NCBI GenBank assembly: GCA_963977445.1
Contig: CAXBPH010000137.1
Location: 1-17,748 of the forward strand
Direction: 5' to 3'
Source of the DNA: an uncultured bacterium
Lineage (GTDB): Bacteria > Hydrogenedentota > Hydrogenedentia > Hydrogenedentales > JAEUWI01
Length of the DNA stretch: 17,748 bases
Below are positions 8,746 through 16,403 of the stretch, piece by piece. A program made the position numbers and the translations under genes. The notes beneath the pieces were generated by a model that was given only the letters and a program-made list of their open reading frames with translations, was not told the origin of the DNA and ran no database searches. Within the stretch, counting starts at the first letter, position 1. Every line of letters begins with the position of its first letter.

Positions 8746-8820
8746 GTAGGGTCTCGTACCTGTTGACTGATATTTTTTTGAGCCTTCGCCCGCGCCGAAA
8801 CTGCTAAGGAGTGGCGTGCG

Positions 8821-9258
8821 TCAGGCTTCTTTGTCGACAAAGTCTGGGGATACCAGCATCTCTGGCTGGTAAATAGTGACAGAGCGACGTCCCCGGCGCA
8901 AGTCATTGAGGGCGAGTCGCTTGGTGCGCAGGCGCGCCTCGGTGCTGCGTTGTACTGCTTTGAAGCGCTGTTGGACCTGTTCAGAGAGCAGCTGGGCCTG
9001 TTTTGACAGGGCCCGAATGGCTTCTCGTTCCCCGTCATCCATGGTGTCATCGTGCTTCCACTCGTAGGCAAGCCCATGGTATTCCTTGGCCAGATCGCGG
9101 GCTTCTTTTTCCCGCACGGCTTCGCGCTGGATGAGTGCTTCCAGGGCTTCATCGGGAATCTGCTCGGCACCATCCAGATCGGTGAGGGCCTTTTCCGTCC
9201 AGCTGATCTGGCGTTCCAGGAAGTTGGTAATTCGGTAGGCGAGGGGATAGGTGGGCAT
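8821..9258 (-). CDS. Helical protein, possible FlgN/FliT-like flagellar export chaperone, 145 aa
   Basis: All-helical amphipathic pattern. C-terminal ...LRRGRRSVTIY...FVDKEA with a late Tyr is reminiscent of FlgN/FliT. Starts 2 nt after the upstream stop. The CDS is well supported; the family call is tentative. Confidence 0.65.
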   Translation of the reverse strand: MPTYPLAYRITNFLERQISWTEKALTDLDGAEQIPDEALEALIQREAVREKEARDLAKEYHGLAYEWKHDDTMDDGEREAIRALSKQAQLLSEQVQQRFKAVQRSTEARLRTKRLALNDLRRGRRSVTIYQPEMLVSPDFVDKEA

Positions 9259-9260
9259 GG

Positions 9261-12200
9261 CTATCCCGCCTGCGGCGCTTGCGCCATGGGCATGCCTCGC
9301 TGGCGTTGTTCCAATCGGGCAATATTGGCTTTCACACCGGCCTCCTGGGCCCAGGGCGAATCAGACGCAGCGATTTGTTCGTAGAGGGTCAGACATCCCG
9401 TGTAGTCAGCGAGTTGGAGCAACGCATTTGCACGCTGGTATCGCGCCCAGTCGGGATCGGAGCGGAGTCCCGTTACCGGTATGGAGGCGGATTCACTGGC
9501 TTCTTCCGCGATGGAAAAGGCGAAGGTGGCGGTGCGATAGTCTTCTTTTTCATAGAGATAGTCGCCCCACGCAATGGCCGCATCAACGAGATAGGGCGTA
9601 TCGATAGGTGCGTCGTCAACGTGCGCCTTGAGATCCATCACCATACGCCGAGCGGCAGCAGCACGACCCGTGTTGAGATAGGTTCGAAGGAGGGCTTGAT
9701 CCGAATCCTGCGTACGGGATTCGGGGTAATTGAAATAGGCCTGCTCCATTTTTTCGAGCCCCCGTTGGGGTGCAATGGAAAGGAGGGCTTCTCCTTCTTT
9801 CATCAGCAGATTAAATGCGGTTCGTGGGCGGAGGCGCGCAAGATCGAACTTTTCGATGGCTGATTGGGCACTTTCGAGGTCGCCCGTATCAATGAGATCG
9901 ACGGCCGCCTGGGCAAAAGTTTCGGGCTCTGCCGCTTCTGAAATAATTTCTTTTGCCGTGCTGTTCACGTGGCGATCGAGGCCGAGATCCTTGTAGATCG
10001 TCTGCATCGCTTCCAGCGTGGGGAGATAGTGTGAAGTTCCCTGGGTGGCTGCTTTCAGGGCCTTGAGGTCCTCCAGGGCCCGTTCTGTTTTTCCTTGCTC
10101 GTGGCGCAGTTGTGCCACTTCGATGCCCCCGTTAAGGGCTTCAGGCGAACCACCGTAGTGGTTCTTGAGGCGTTCATAGGTATGGATGGCATCCCCGGGC
10201 ATTAGGGCCGCGCGGTAGTAGCGTGCCGCATTAAGCAGGAGATTGGGATCGGCGGCCCCCGCATCGTCGGCGGCGACAAAGGCCAGGGCTGCGGCGAGTG
10301 GATTTCCGTCCAGCCCCTGCAATTCACCATCGTTGCGTAGCACGCGGGGGTTATGGGGGAATTCCAGGGCCGCCCGCTGCGCCGTCTTTACGGCATGCTC
10401 TCGTTCGCCCAGGGCCTCATATACCTGCGACTGCTCAATAAACGCGTCGGGTCGCAGGGGACTGTCCTCGAAAAAAGCGAGTAAATCGGTGAGGGTGTCC
10501 CGGGCATTTTCCAGCTCATCGGCCGCCCGGTAGGTTTGGGCCAGCAAGAGGTACACTTCGTCATTGCCGTCCAGGGTGGTGGTGGTTTCGAGGTGATTGG
10601 TGAGATACCGTTTCGCATTCTCGTATTCGCCACTTTCATAGGCGAGTCTTCCGAGGCGAACAAGGGCCTTGGCACCCAAAGTAGAGTCGGGTGCCTCCTG
10701 TGCCATGCGGATATAGATGGTTCGTGCATCCGAAGAGTTGCCTGCGCGTTGCTGGGCATCGGCATAGGCAAGTCGCGCCTCGCCCGCCCAGACGGAGGCC
10801 GGATATTGAGAGAGCAGGTTTTGGGCATAGATGGCTGTCGTCAGGGGGTCGTTTTCACGTAGCGCAAGCTGGGCAGCATCCAGCAGCATGCGATCCCGAT
10901 TGGGGGCATCTTCATATTGCTCAAAGATGTTCTTGTAAATTTCGAGGGCCGCCAGAGGCTGGTCTTTGGAGAATAGTTGGGCTTTCCAATACAGGGCCTC
11001 CGGTGCGCGGGGATGGGCCGGTGCTGCCTTGAGGACTTCATCGATTCGGCCCGTCATTTCGTCGAAGGCGGGGCTTCCCCATTCACCATGAAAGCCACGG
11101 TATTGCGCCTCCAGCCGAACGTAGAGGGCATCGTTTCGGAGTTCGCCGGGATAGGCCCGCTCAATGGGGCGGTCCAGTTCGTCGACCACACCGAGGTAAT
11201 TTCCATTGGCCAACATGTCGCGGGAGCGTTCCAAAGCAATATCGAGTGCCGCTTCATCGCGGGCCGTATTGGTGTGGGGGCGCACTTCCCGGTTGATGGT
11301 CATAAACAGTCCCGTGCCGGTGGCAAATACGGAGCCCACGAGAAAACAGGCCACCAGTCGCAGTGCGTTTTCTTTTACGAAAACGGCAAGGGGCGATTGT
11401 TTCCTGAAACGCTTTTTCGGCGCCTTTGATGGGCTGAGTTCCTGGACCTTCTCCGTTGGCGGCCCTTCGCCCCGAGCGCTGGCCTGCGCCGCGTCAATGG
11501 CACTTTCCAACGCGTTTTGTTTCGCCTTACTTCGCTCTTTGTCCTGCTCTTTGGAGGCCTCGATTAATTTGTCGAGATCGCTTTGGGAGAGCAGATCGGG
11601 TCCTGAATCTGAGGCGGTGGCCGCCGCGGCCAGGTTCTCCGACCCGATTTCGCTTTGGGACGCTGCGCTTCGCTCGTCGGATGCTTCCTGCTGGGCGCTG
11701 GCGATAAGGGAGTCGATCATATCTTGCGAAATGTCGCCTATTTCGCCATCGTCTTCCTCCTCCTCCTCCTCCTCCGGACTTCCCGCATCTGTCGCTAAGC
11801 CGTCCAACACCCCGGAATTATCCAAATCGGCCATCAGGGAATCGATGCTGGACTTACTCAGCGATATATCATCTCCATCAATCTCGTCCGGGAGAATGGG
11901 GGCGTCCAATTGGTCATTGTTGAGTGGACTTTCGTCGCCGGAATCGACAATGAGCGCATCAATATCAGACTGGTCGAAAGTACCATCTTGTGCCGGGTCT
12001 TTTGGGGCACCTGTCTGGGCATCAAAGAGCTCGGATAGTTCGTCGTCATCAAGTGCCGTCGCCGAACTACTGTCGGCGCTATCGCCACCGGACAGTAGGG
12101 CGTCCAAGTCGGCCTGGGAGAGGAGACCGCCACCTTCCGCCTGTGGTTCAGCGGATGCTTCGTCCTGACCGCCGAGTAGTGCATCCAGGTCGTCTTGAGA

Positions 12201-13637
12201 CAGGGGTGCGTCATCGTTTGCTTCGGGCTGGGTCGGTGCCTCATCCTGTCCAGCTATCAAGGCGTCGAGGTCGTCCTGTGACATGGGACTGTCGTCTTCA
12301 ACCGCCGGCTCGGGTGTTTCGATCTCTCCGGAGATCATTGCATCGAGATCGGCTTGCGACATGGGACTGTCGTCTTCGACGTCCGGCTCAGGAGTCGTTG
12401 GTGTATCGCTCTGGCCCGCGATGAGTGCGTCAAGGTCTTCCTGCGACATGGGGCCGTCGTCTTCATCGGCAGGCTCTGGTGTTGTTGGTGTATCGCTCTG
12501 GCCCGCGATGAGTGCATCGAGGTCTTCCTGCGACATGGGACTGTCGTCTTCAACGGCCGGCTCGGGTGTTGATGGTGTCTCGCTCTGGCCCGCGATGAGT
12601 GCATCGAGGTCGGCCTGTGACATGGGACTGTCGTCTTCAACGGCGGGTTCGGGTGTTGTTGGTGTATCGCTCTGCCCTGCGATGAGTGCATCGAGGTCGG
12701 CCTGCGACATGGGACTGTCGTCTTCAACGGCCGGCTCGGGTGTTGATGGTGTCTCGCTCTGGCCCGCGATGAGTGCATCGAGGTCGGCTTGCGACATGGG
12801 ACTGCCGTCTTCAACGGCGGGCTCAGGTGTTGTTGGTGTATCGCTCTGGCCCGCGATGAGTGCATCGAGGTCGGCTTGCGACATGGAGCTGTCATCTTCA
12901 GGGGCAGGCTCGGGTGTTGTCGGTGTGTCGCTTTTTCCGGCAATCAATGCGTTTAATTCCTCTTGGGAGAGGGTATCGTCGTTGTTGTCATCCAACACGG
13001 GCGTGGGCGCACTATCAACCGGTTCGGAGATGTCTTTTTCGGGTTTTGCCGTAGGCGAAGTTTCGGAGGAAGAAACGGGGGCTGCGGTAGCCGCGCCTTC
13101 CAACGCTTCACGCCGGTGGGTCTCACGCACGACCAGTGCATCCAATAGGGATTGGTCCAGCGGTGGCTCTTCCTCAAGCCACGCGTCCATATCTTCAATC
13201 GGGATTGGTGCTTCTTTCGGTGCCGACGCCTCTGCCAATACGGGCTGGACGCCCTCGTCCGACGTGCCGATTAAATCGTCATCGGGCAGTGATTGGGCGA
13301 TGGCAGCATCGGTTGTGTTGGCCTGTGCGGATGCAATCAGGGCAGTGGCTTCATCACCGGTCGGTGCGGGTTGTGCCTGGGTAGATGCCCGCTTGCGCGC
13401 TGCGGCCTGTCGGGGGCGTCGGGCTGGGGGGATATACGCCGCGTCTCGCGCAGCCCTCGCGGCGATATGTTCTTCTTCATTTCGGAGGACCAGGGGGGTA
13501 TTGTCATCGAGAAAATCCGTGTCTGCCAGAAATCCGTCGTCGAGCAAGGCAGAGGGGAGGCCTGCTTCAGCGGCCTCCAACGCTTTCAACGTTGCTTCGT
13601 CAAGTGACGAAGTTTTCTGCTCGGATTGGTCACTCAT
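9261..13637 (-). CDS. Large bitopic protein: acidic repeat-rich N-terminal region, one TM helix, C-terminal multi-TPR domain (~1458 aa)
   Basis: Uninterrupted ORF. About 16 SQxDLDAL-type motifs, a basic patch KAPKKRFRK, TM LVACFLVGSVFATGTGLFMTI (11295-11357), then YbgF/BamD-style TPRs (APEALYWKAQ, YPASVWAGEARLAYAD, KALVRLGRLAYESGEYENA). Start ATG 13637; alternative ATG 13673. Confidence 0.92.
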   Translation of the reverse strand: MSDQSEQKTSSLDEATLKALEAAEAGLPSALLDDGFLADTDFLDDNTPLVLRNEEEHIAARAARDAAYIPPARRPRQAAARKRASTQAQPAPTGDEATALIASAQANTTDAAIAQSLPDDDLIGTSDEGVQPVLAEASAPKEAPIPIEDMDAWLEEEPPLDQSLLDALVVRETHRREALEGAATAAPVSSSETSPTAKPEKDISEPVDSAPTPVLDDNNDDTLSQEELNALIAGKSDTPTTPEPAPEDDSSMSQADLDALIAGQSDTPTTPEPAVEDGSPMSQADLDALIAGQSETPSTPEPAVEDDSPMSQADLDALIAGQSDTPTTPEPAVEDDSPMSQADLDALIAGQSETPSTPEPAVEDDSPMSQEDLDALIAGQSDTPTTPEPADEDDGPMSQEDLDALIAGQSDTPTTPEPDVEDDSPMSQADLDAMISGEIETPEPAVEDDSPMSQDDLDALIAGQDEAPTQPEANDDAPLSQDDLDALLGGQDEASAEPQAEGGGLLSQADLDALLSGGDSADSSSATALDDDELSELFDAQTGAPKDPAQDGTFDQSDIDALIVDSGDESPLNNDQLDAPILPDEIDGDDISLSKSSIDSLMADLDNSGVLDGLATDAGSPEEEEEEEDDGEIGDISQDMIDSLIASAQQEASDERSAASQSEIGSENLAAAATASDSGPDLLSQSDLDKLIEASKEQDKERSKAKQNALESAIDAAQASARGEGPPTEKVQELSPSKAPKKRFRKQSPLAVFVKENALRLVACFLVGSVFATGTGLFMTINREVRPHTNTARDEAALDIALERSRDMLANGNYLGVVDELDRPIERAYPGELRNDALYVRLEAQYRGFHGEWGSPAFDEMTGRIDEVLKAAPAHPRAPEALYWKAQLFSKDQPLAALEIYKNIFEQYEDAPNRDRMLLDAAQLALRENDPLTTAIYAQNLLSQYPASVWAGEARLAYADAQQRAGNSSDARTIYIRMAQEAPDSTLGAKALVRLGRLAYESGEYENAKRYLTNHLETTTTLDGNDEVYLLLAQTYRAADELENARDTLTDLLAFFEDSPLRPDAFIEQSQVYEALGEREHAVKTAQRAALEFPHNPRVLRNDGELQGLDGNPLAAALAFVAADDAGAADPNLLLNAARYYRAALMPGDAIHTYERLKNHYGGSPEALNGGIEVAQLRHEQGKTERALEDLKALKAATQGTSHYLPTLEAMQTIYKDLGLDRHVNSTAKEIISEAAEPETFAQAAVDLIDTGDLESAQSAIEKFDLARLRPRTAFNLLMKEGEALLSIAPQRGLEKMEQAYFNYPESRTQDSDQALLRTYLNTGRAAAARRMVMDLKAHVDDAPIDTPYLVDAAIAWGDYLYEKEDYRTATFAFSIAEEASESASIPVTGLRSDPDWARYQRANALLQLADYTGCLTLYEQIAASDSPWAQEAGVKANIARLEQRQRGMPMAQAPQAG
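12087..12971 (-). repeat. Coding tandem repeat, 87-bp (29-aa) unit, consensus MSQADLDALIAGQSDTPTTPEPAVEDDSP
   Basis: Unit starts at 12971, 12884, 12797, 12710, 12623, 12536, 12449 and 12362 (exact 87-nt period), then shorter or diverged units at 12284, 12203 and 12122. Confidence 0.97.
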
Positions 13638-13779
13638 GAATAATCTGGTAAACTCCCGGCCGCGATGCCGCATTGTGGCTCAGAAACGGGCCGTGCCCTC
13701 CGCATGGACAACGCTTCCCGTGAGGTATTTAAGGTGGGGCACACCAGGAACTTGTGCATCCAAGTCACCCCGTGAGTCC

Positions 13780-13808
13780 ATTCTATCATGCCTCCTGGTC
13801 GGTCGCAA
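13780..13808 (-). promoter_or_regulatory. Sigma70-type promoter for the TPR/chaperone/kinase/regulator operon
   Basis: Minus strand TTGCGA (13808-13803), 17-nt spacer, TAGAAT (13785-13780), with an extended -10 TG. Confidence 0.65.
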
Positions 13809-13857
13809 TTCCTCTTTCCACTATTATCGGCACAATTCGGGTAGATCATTATTCCAG

Positions 13858-13887
13858 ATGGCATGATTGGGGACAACATGCTAGACT
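13858..13887 (+). promoter_or_regulatory. Candidate extended -10 promoter giving a leaderless transcript for the PAS gene
   Basis: TG-C-TAGACT (13879-13887) ends 6 nt before ATG 13894. Weak -35 ATGGCA at 13858-13863. No SD at normal spacing. Confidence 0.45.
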
Positions 13888-13893
13888 GGGCTG

Positions 13894-14793
13894 ATGAATT
13901 ATGGGCGTCACATACCACTATCTATCCTGGTCTTGCTTATCGGGGTGATGGTCGCGTTGGTGGGGGCATCGTTTGCCATAAACCTTGCACCATCTCCCTA
14001 TACGGGGAGCGTGGTGGCGACGATTGCGATCCTGGTGTTCCTGGCGGCGACGGGCTTTATCTTCTGGATCGTTCGGGAACTGGAACACAGCGAAGAGTGG
14101 TTGCGCGTCGTGGTGGAGAGTGCTCACGATGGCATTATCACCACCGATGGCTATGGGTTTATAGAGCGAATCAATACGAGTACGGTATCCATGTTTGGGT
14201 ATCGTCCCGGTAAACTGGTGGGTGAACACGTTTCCGCCCTGCTTTCGTCTGCCCATGGTGAACGTGGCGACTCGGAGGATTTTGTCGCCTATCTTGAGCG
14301 GGAGGGAATGGGCGAGTTGGGGGTGCCCCATGAAGTGAGCGGGCTCCGCCTTGACGGCCAGCGCTTTCATATGGATATGTCTATTGCTCATGCCCGCCTT
14401 GGCGAAGAGGACATGTTTATCATCATGGTGCGCGACGTGACGGAACGGGTGGGGGCGCAGCGGGTATTGCAGGAGGCCCGGGACCAGCTGGAACACCGGG
14501 TTCGTGAGCGAACTGCCGCACTCGAGGAATCCAATAGTCAGCTTGCCTCCGAAGTGTCCCAGCGTAAGACTCTCATTGAGCAATTGCAGCAGGCATTGAC
14601 CGAATTAAAGACCCTCAACGGACTGCTGCCGATCTGCGCTTCCTGCAAGAAGATTCGCGATGACAAGGGGTACTGGAACCAAATCGAAGTCTATATCCGT
14701 GACCATTCGGATGCAGAATTCAGCCACGGAATCTGCCCGGGTTGTATCGAGGAACTCTATCCGGAACTGAGCCGGCCCCTGAACGAGACGTGA
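13894..14793 (+). CDS. Membrane PAS-domain signalling protein with a C-terminal Cys/His-rich putative zinc-binding tail, 299 aa
   Basis: Two TM helices, FixL-like PAS/PAC (SAHDGIITTD, MFGY, LRLDGQRF, VRDVTER), coiled coil (LEHRVRERTAAL), then GLLPICASCKKIRDDKGYW...FSHGICPGC. No kinase, GGDEF or HTH domain. Confidence 0.92.
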   Translation: MNYGRHIPLSILVLLIGVMVALVGASFAINLAPSPYTGSVVATIAILVFLAATGFIFWIVRELEHSEEWLRVVVESAHDGIITTDGYGFIERINTSTVSMFGYRPGKLVGEHVSALLSSAHGERGDSEDFVAYLEREGMGELGVPHEVSGLRLDGQRFHMDMSIAHARLGEEDMFIIMVRDVTERVGAQRVLQEARDQLEHRVRERTAALEESNSQLASEVSQRKTLIEQLQQALTELKTLNGLLPICASCKKIRDDKGYWNQIEVYIRDHSDAEFSHGICPGCIEELYPELSRPLNET

Positions 14794-16403
14794 TAGGGCG
14801 CTGGCAGAGGATGGTTTTTTCATTTTGCCTTGCGGTGACTATCGTTCTGAGCGCCCTTGCGTGGTCATTTAACGTTCTTTCCTTTGACGATGCGAAAATG
14901 ACCGTGTTCTGGCCGTGTCTGTTTGTGCTATTGGTATTTCGCAGCAACGGGACCCGGTCGATCGTGGCGGGACTGCGGGCATGGCTGCCGGCGTGGCTCG
15001 GTTTGTTCGTCGTCGCCGCATCGAGTTTCGGAATCGCCCACGTGCCAGCACTCAGCATGGCCGGTATCTTACGGGGGGGCGGGCTCCTGGTGTTTGCCAC
15101 GCTGGCCTGGGGAATGACCCAATCGCCTCGGGGGCGTCGCGGTGTCTTCGCGGCGTTGCTCGGGGGGGGATTCCTCGTTGCCGTGTTGGCCTTGGGCCAG
15201 CAGTTCGGGCTTCTGAACGTGCTATTTCCAGCCTTCGACCACTATGACCAGGCTATGTATGGGGTTTTCGGCAACCAGGCGCTACTTGGGGGCTACCTGG
15301 CGCTGGCAATCCTCATGATACCCGCTGTATTCGGCGCGGGGCAGCGCAACATGTCAACGTGGAAGGCGCTCCTCGGACTTTTCCTGGTTGCGGTGATGTT
15401 TCTGGCCCTGATTCTTTCTGAGTCGCGCGGGGGGCAATTGGCGTTGTTGGTAGGGACCCTTGCCTGGTTGGCCACCGGACGTGTCACATCCCAGAGAAGT
15501 GTCCGTCTCGCCATTGTGGCGGTGGGGGTGGGGATATTGATTGTTGTGCTGGCGGGGGGCGCAAGCCAGGACAAATGGTTCCAAACCGCCGGTGACACCG
15601 ACAGGGGCAGTCAGGTCCGTTCGTGGATTTGGTCGGGTAGTATGCAGATGGGTCTGGCTCACCCGGTACGGGGCGTCGGCGTCGGTAATTTCGCTTATTG
15701 GGCTCCCTCCTACATGGGGGACGTCCCTGCGACCTATCACAACGAGCGCACGACCTACCATGCCCACTTTGACCTGTTGGAATTCTGGTGTGAAACGGGT
15801 CTTGTGGGGTTGGTCTTTCTGGTCGGGCAATTTTCCCGATTTCGCCTTCGGAGCGGTCCGGCCTTTGGGGCCATGATGGCCCTGATCGTCTTTTCCTGTT
15901 TTCAGCCGGCCTGGGCGAGCACACCCCACGCGATGGCCTTCCTGCTGCTACTGGGGATGAACTTGCGCTCCAGCGTGCCCCGCTACGTTCCTGACGTGTT
16001 GCCGATCGCTTCGAACCGGCCGTACATTGGATTGGTGGTAGTGACCGTGGTCGGTGGGATGCTCTATGGGGCCCTGGTCCTGCGCCCGAGTTTTCTCTTG
16101 CGCCGTGCCGAAGACAGACATCTTGCGGGCCAGGAGGCGGGGCCGGACTACGAAAAAGCGGTGTCGGCGGGCGGATTTCAGGGCGAGGCCCAGGAAAGCT
16201 ACGGGATGTATCTTCTGGGGCAGGGCCGGCCCGATGCCGCATTGACATCATTTCGCGTCGCGCAAAAGGAATTGGATACGGGCAGACTCTATTTCTTGAT
16301 GTACGAGGCGGCCACGGCCCTGGGCGACGAAGAATCAGCAGGGCAGTACCGGGAAGCGTGCCTGGCGCGATGGCCCTGGGCGACGTCTCGATTTTTACGG
16401 TGA
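14790..16403 (+). CDS. O-antigen ligase / Wzy_C family membrane glycosyltransferase with C-terminal TPR-like tail
   Basis: Many TM segments; GVFGNQALLGGYL, LILSESRGG, RSWIWSG...HPVRGVGVGNF, HAHFDLLEFWCETGLVG. GTG 14790 overlaps the upstream TGA (GTGA); ATG 14811 is an alternative start. Confidence 0.88.
   Translation: MIGRWQRMVFSFCLAVTIVLSALAWSFNVLSFDDAKMTVFWPCLFVLLVFRSNGTRSIVAGLRAWLPAWLGLFVVAASSFGIAHVPALSMAGILRGGGLLVFATLAWGMTQSPRGRRGVFAALLGGGFLVAVLALGQQFGLLNVLFPAFDHYDQAMYGVFGNQALLGGYLALAILMIPAVFGAGQRNMSTWKALLGLFLVAVMFLALILSESRGGQLALLVGTLAWLATGRVTSQRSVRLAIVAVGVGILIVVLAGGASQDKWFQTAGDTDRGSQVRSWIWSGSMQMGLAHPVRGVGVGNFAYWAPSYMGDVPATYHNERTTYHAHFDLLEFWCETGLVGLVFLVGQFSRFRLRSGPAFGAMMALIVFSCFQPAWASTPHAMAFLLLLGMNLRSSVPRYVPDVLPIASNRPYIGLVVVTVVGGMLYGALVLRPSFLLRRAEDRHLAGQEAGPDYEKAVSAGGFQGEAQESYGMYLLGQGRPDAALTSFRVAQKELDTGRLYFLMYEAATALGDEESAGQYREACLARWPWATSRFLR

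Noticed and set aside
6392..8766. Long plus-strand ORFs 6392-7270 and 7804-8766
   Set aside because: Antisense to clearly recognisable two-component genes, as expected in GC-rich DNA.
8771..8815. Intrinsic terminator between the chaperone-like gene and the kinase
   Set aside because: The stem is weak, and on the transcribed strand it is followed by an A run rather than a U run.
12087..12971. Tandem array as a CRISPR array
   Set aside because: Units repeat in full with no unique spacers, the period is a multiple of 3 inside an open frame, and there are no cas genes.
12283..13866. 527-aa plus-strand ORF (also 11206-12168 and 12335-12943)
   Set aside because: Antisense or alternate-frame shadows of the repetitive acidic gene; Ser-rich low-complexity translation with no independent motifs.
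14742..14789. ORF-track start 14742 for the ligase
   Set aside because: It lies inside the conserved tail of the PAS gene; the GTGA overlap at 14790 is more plausible.
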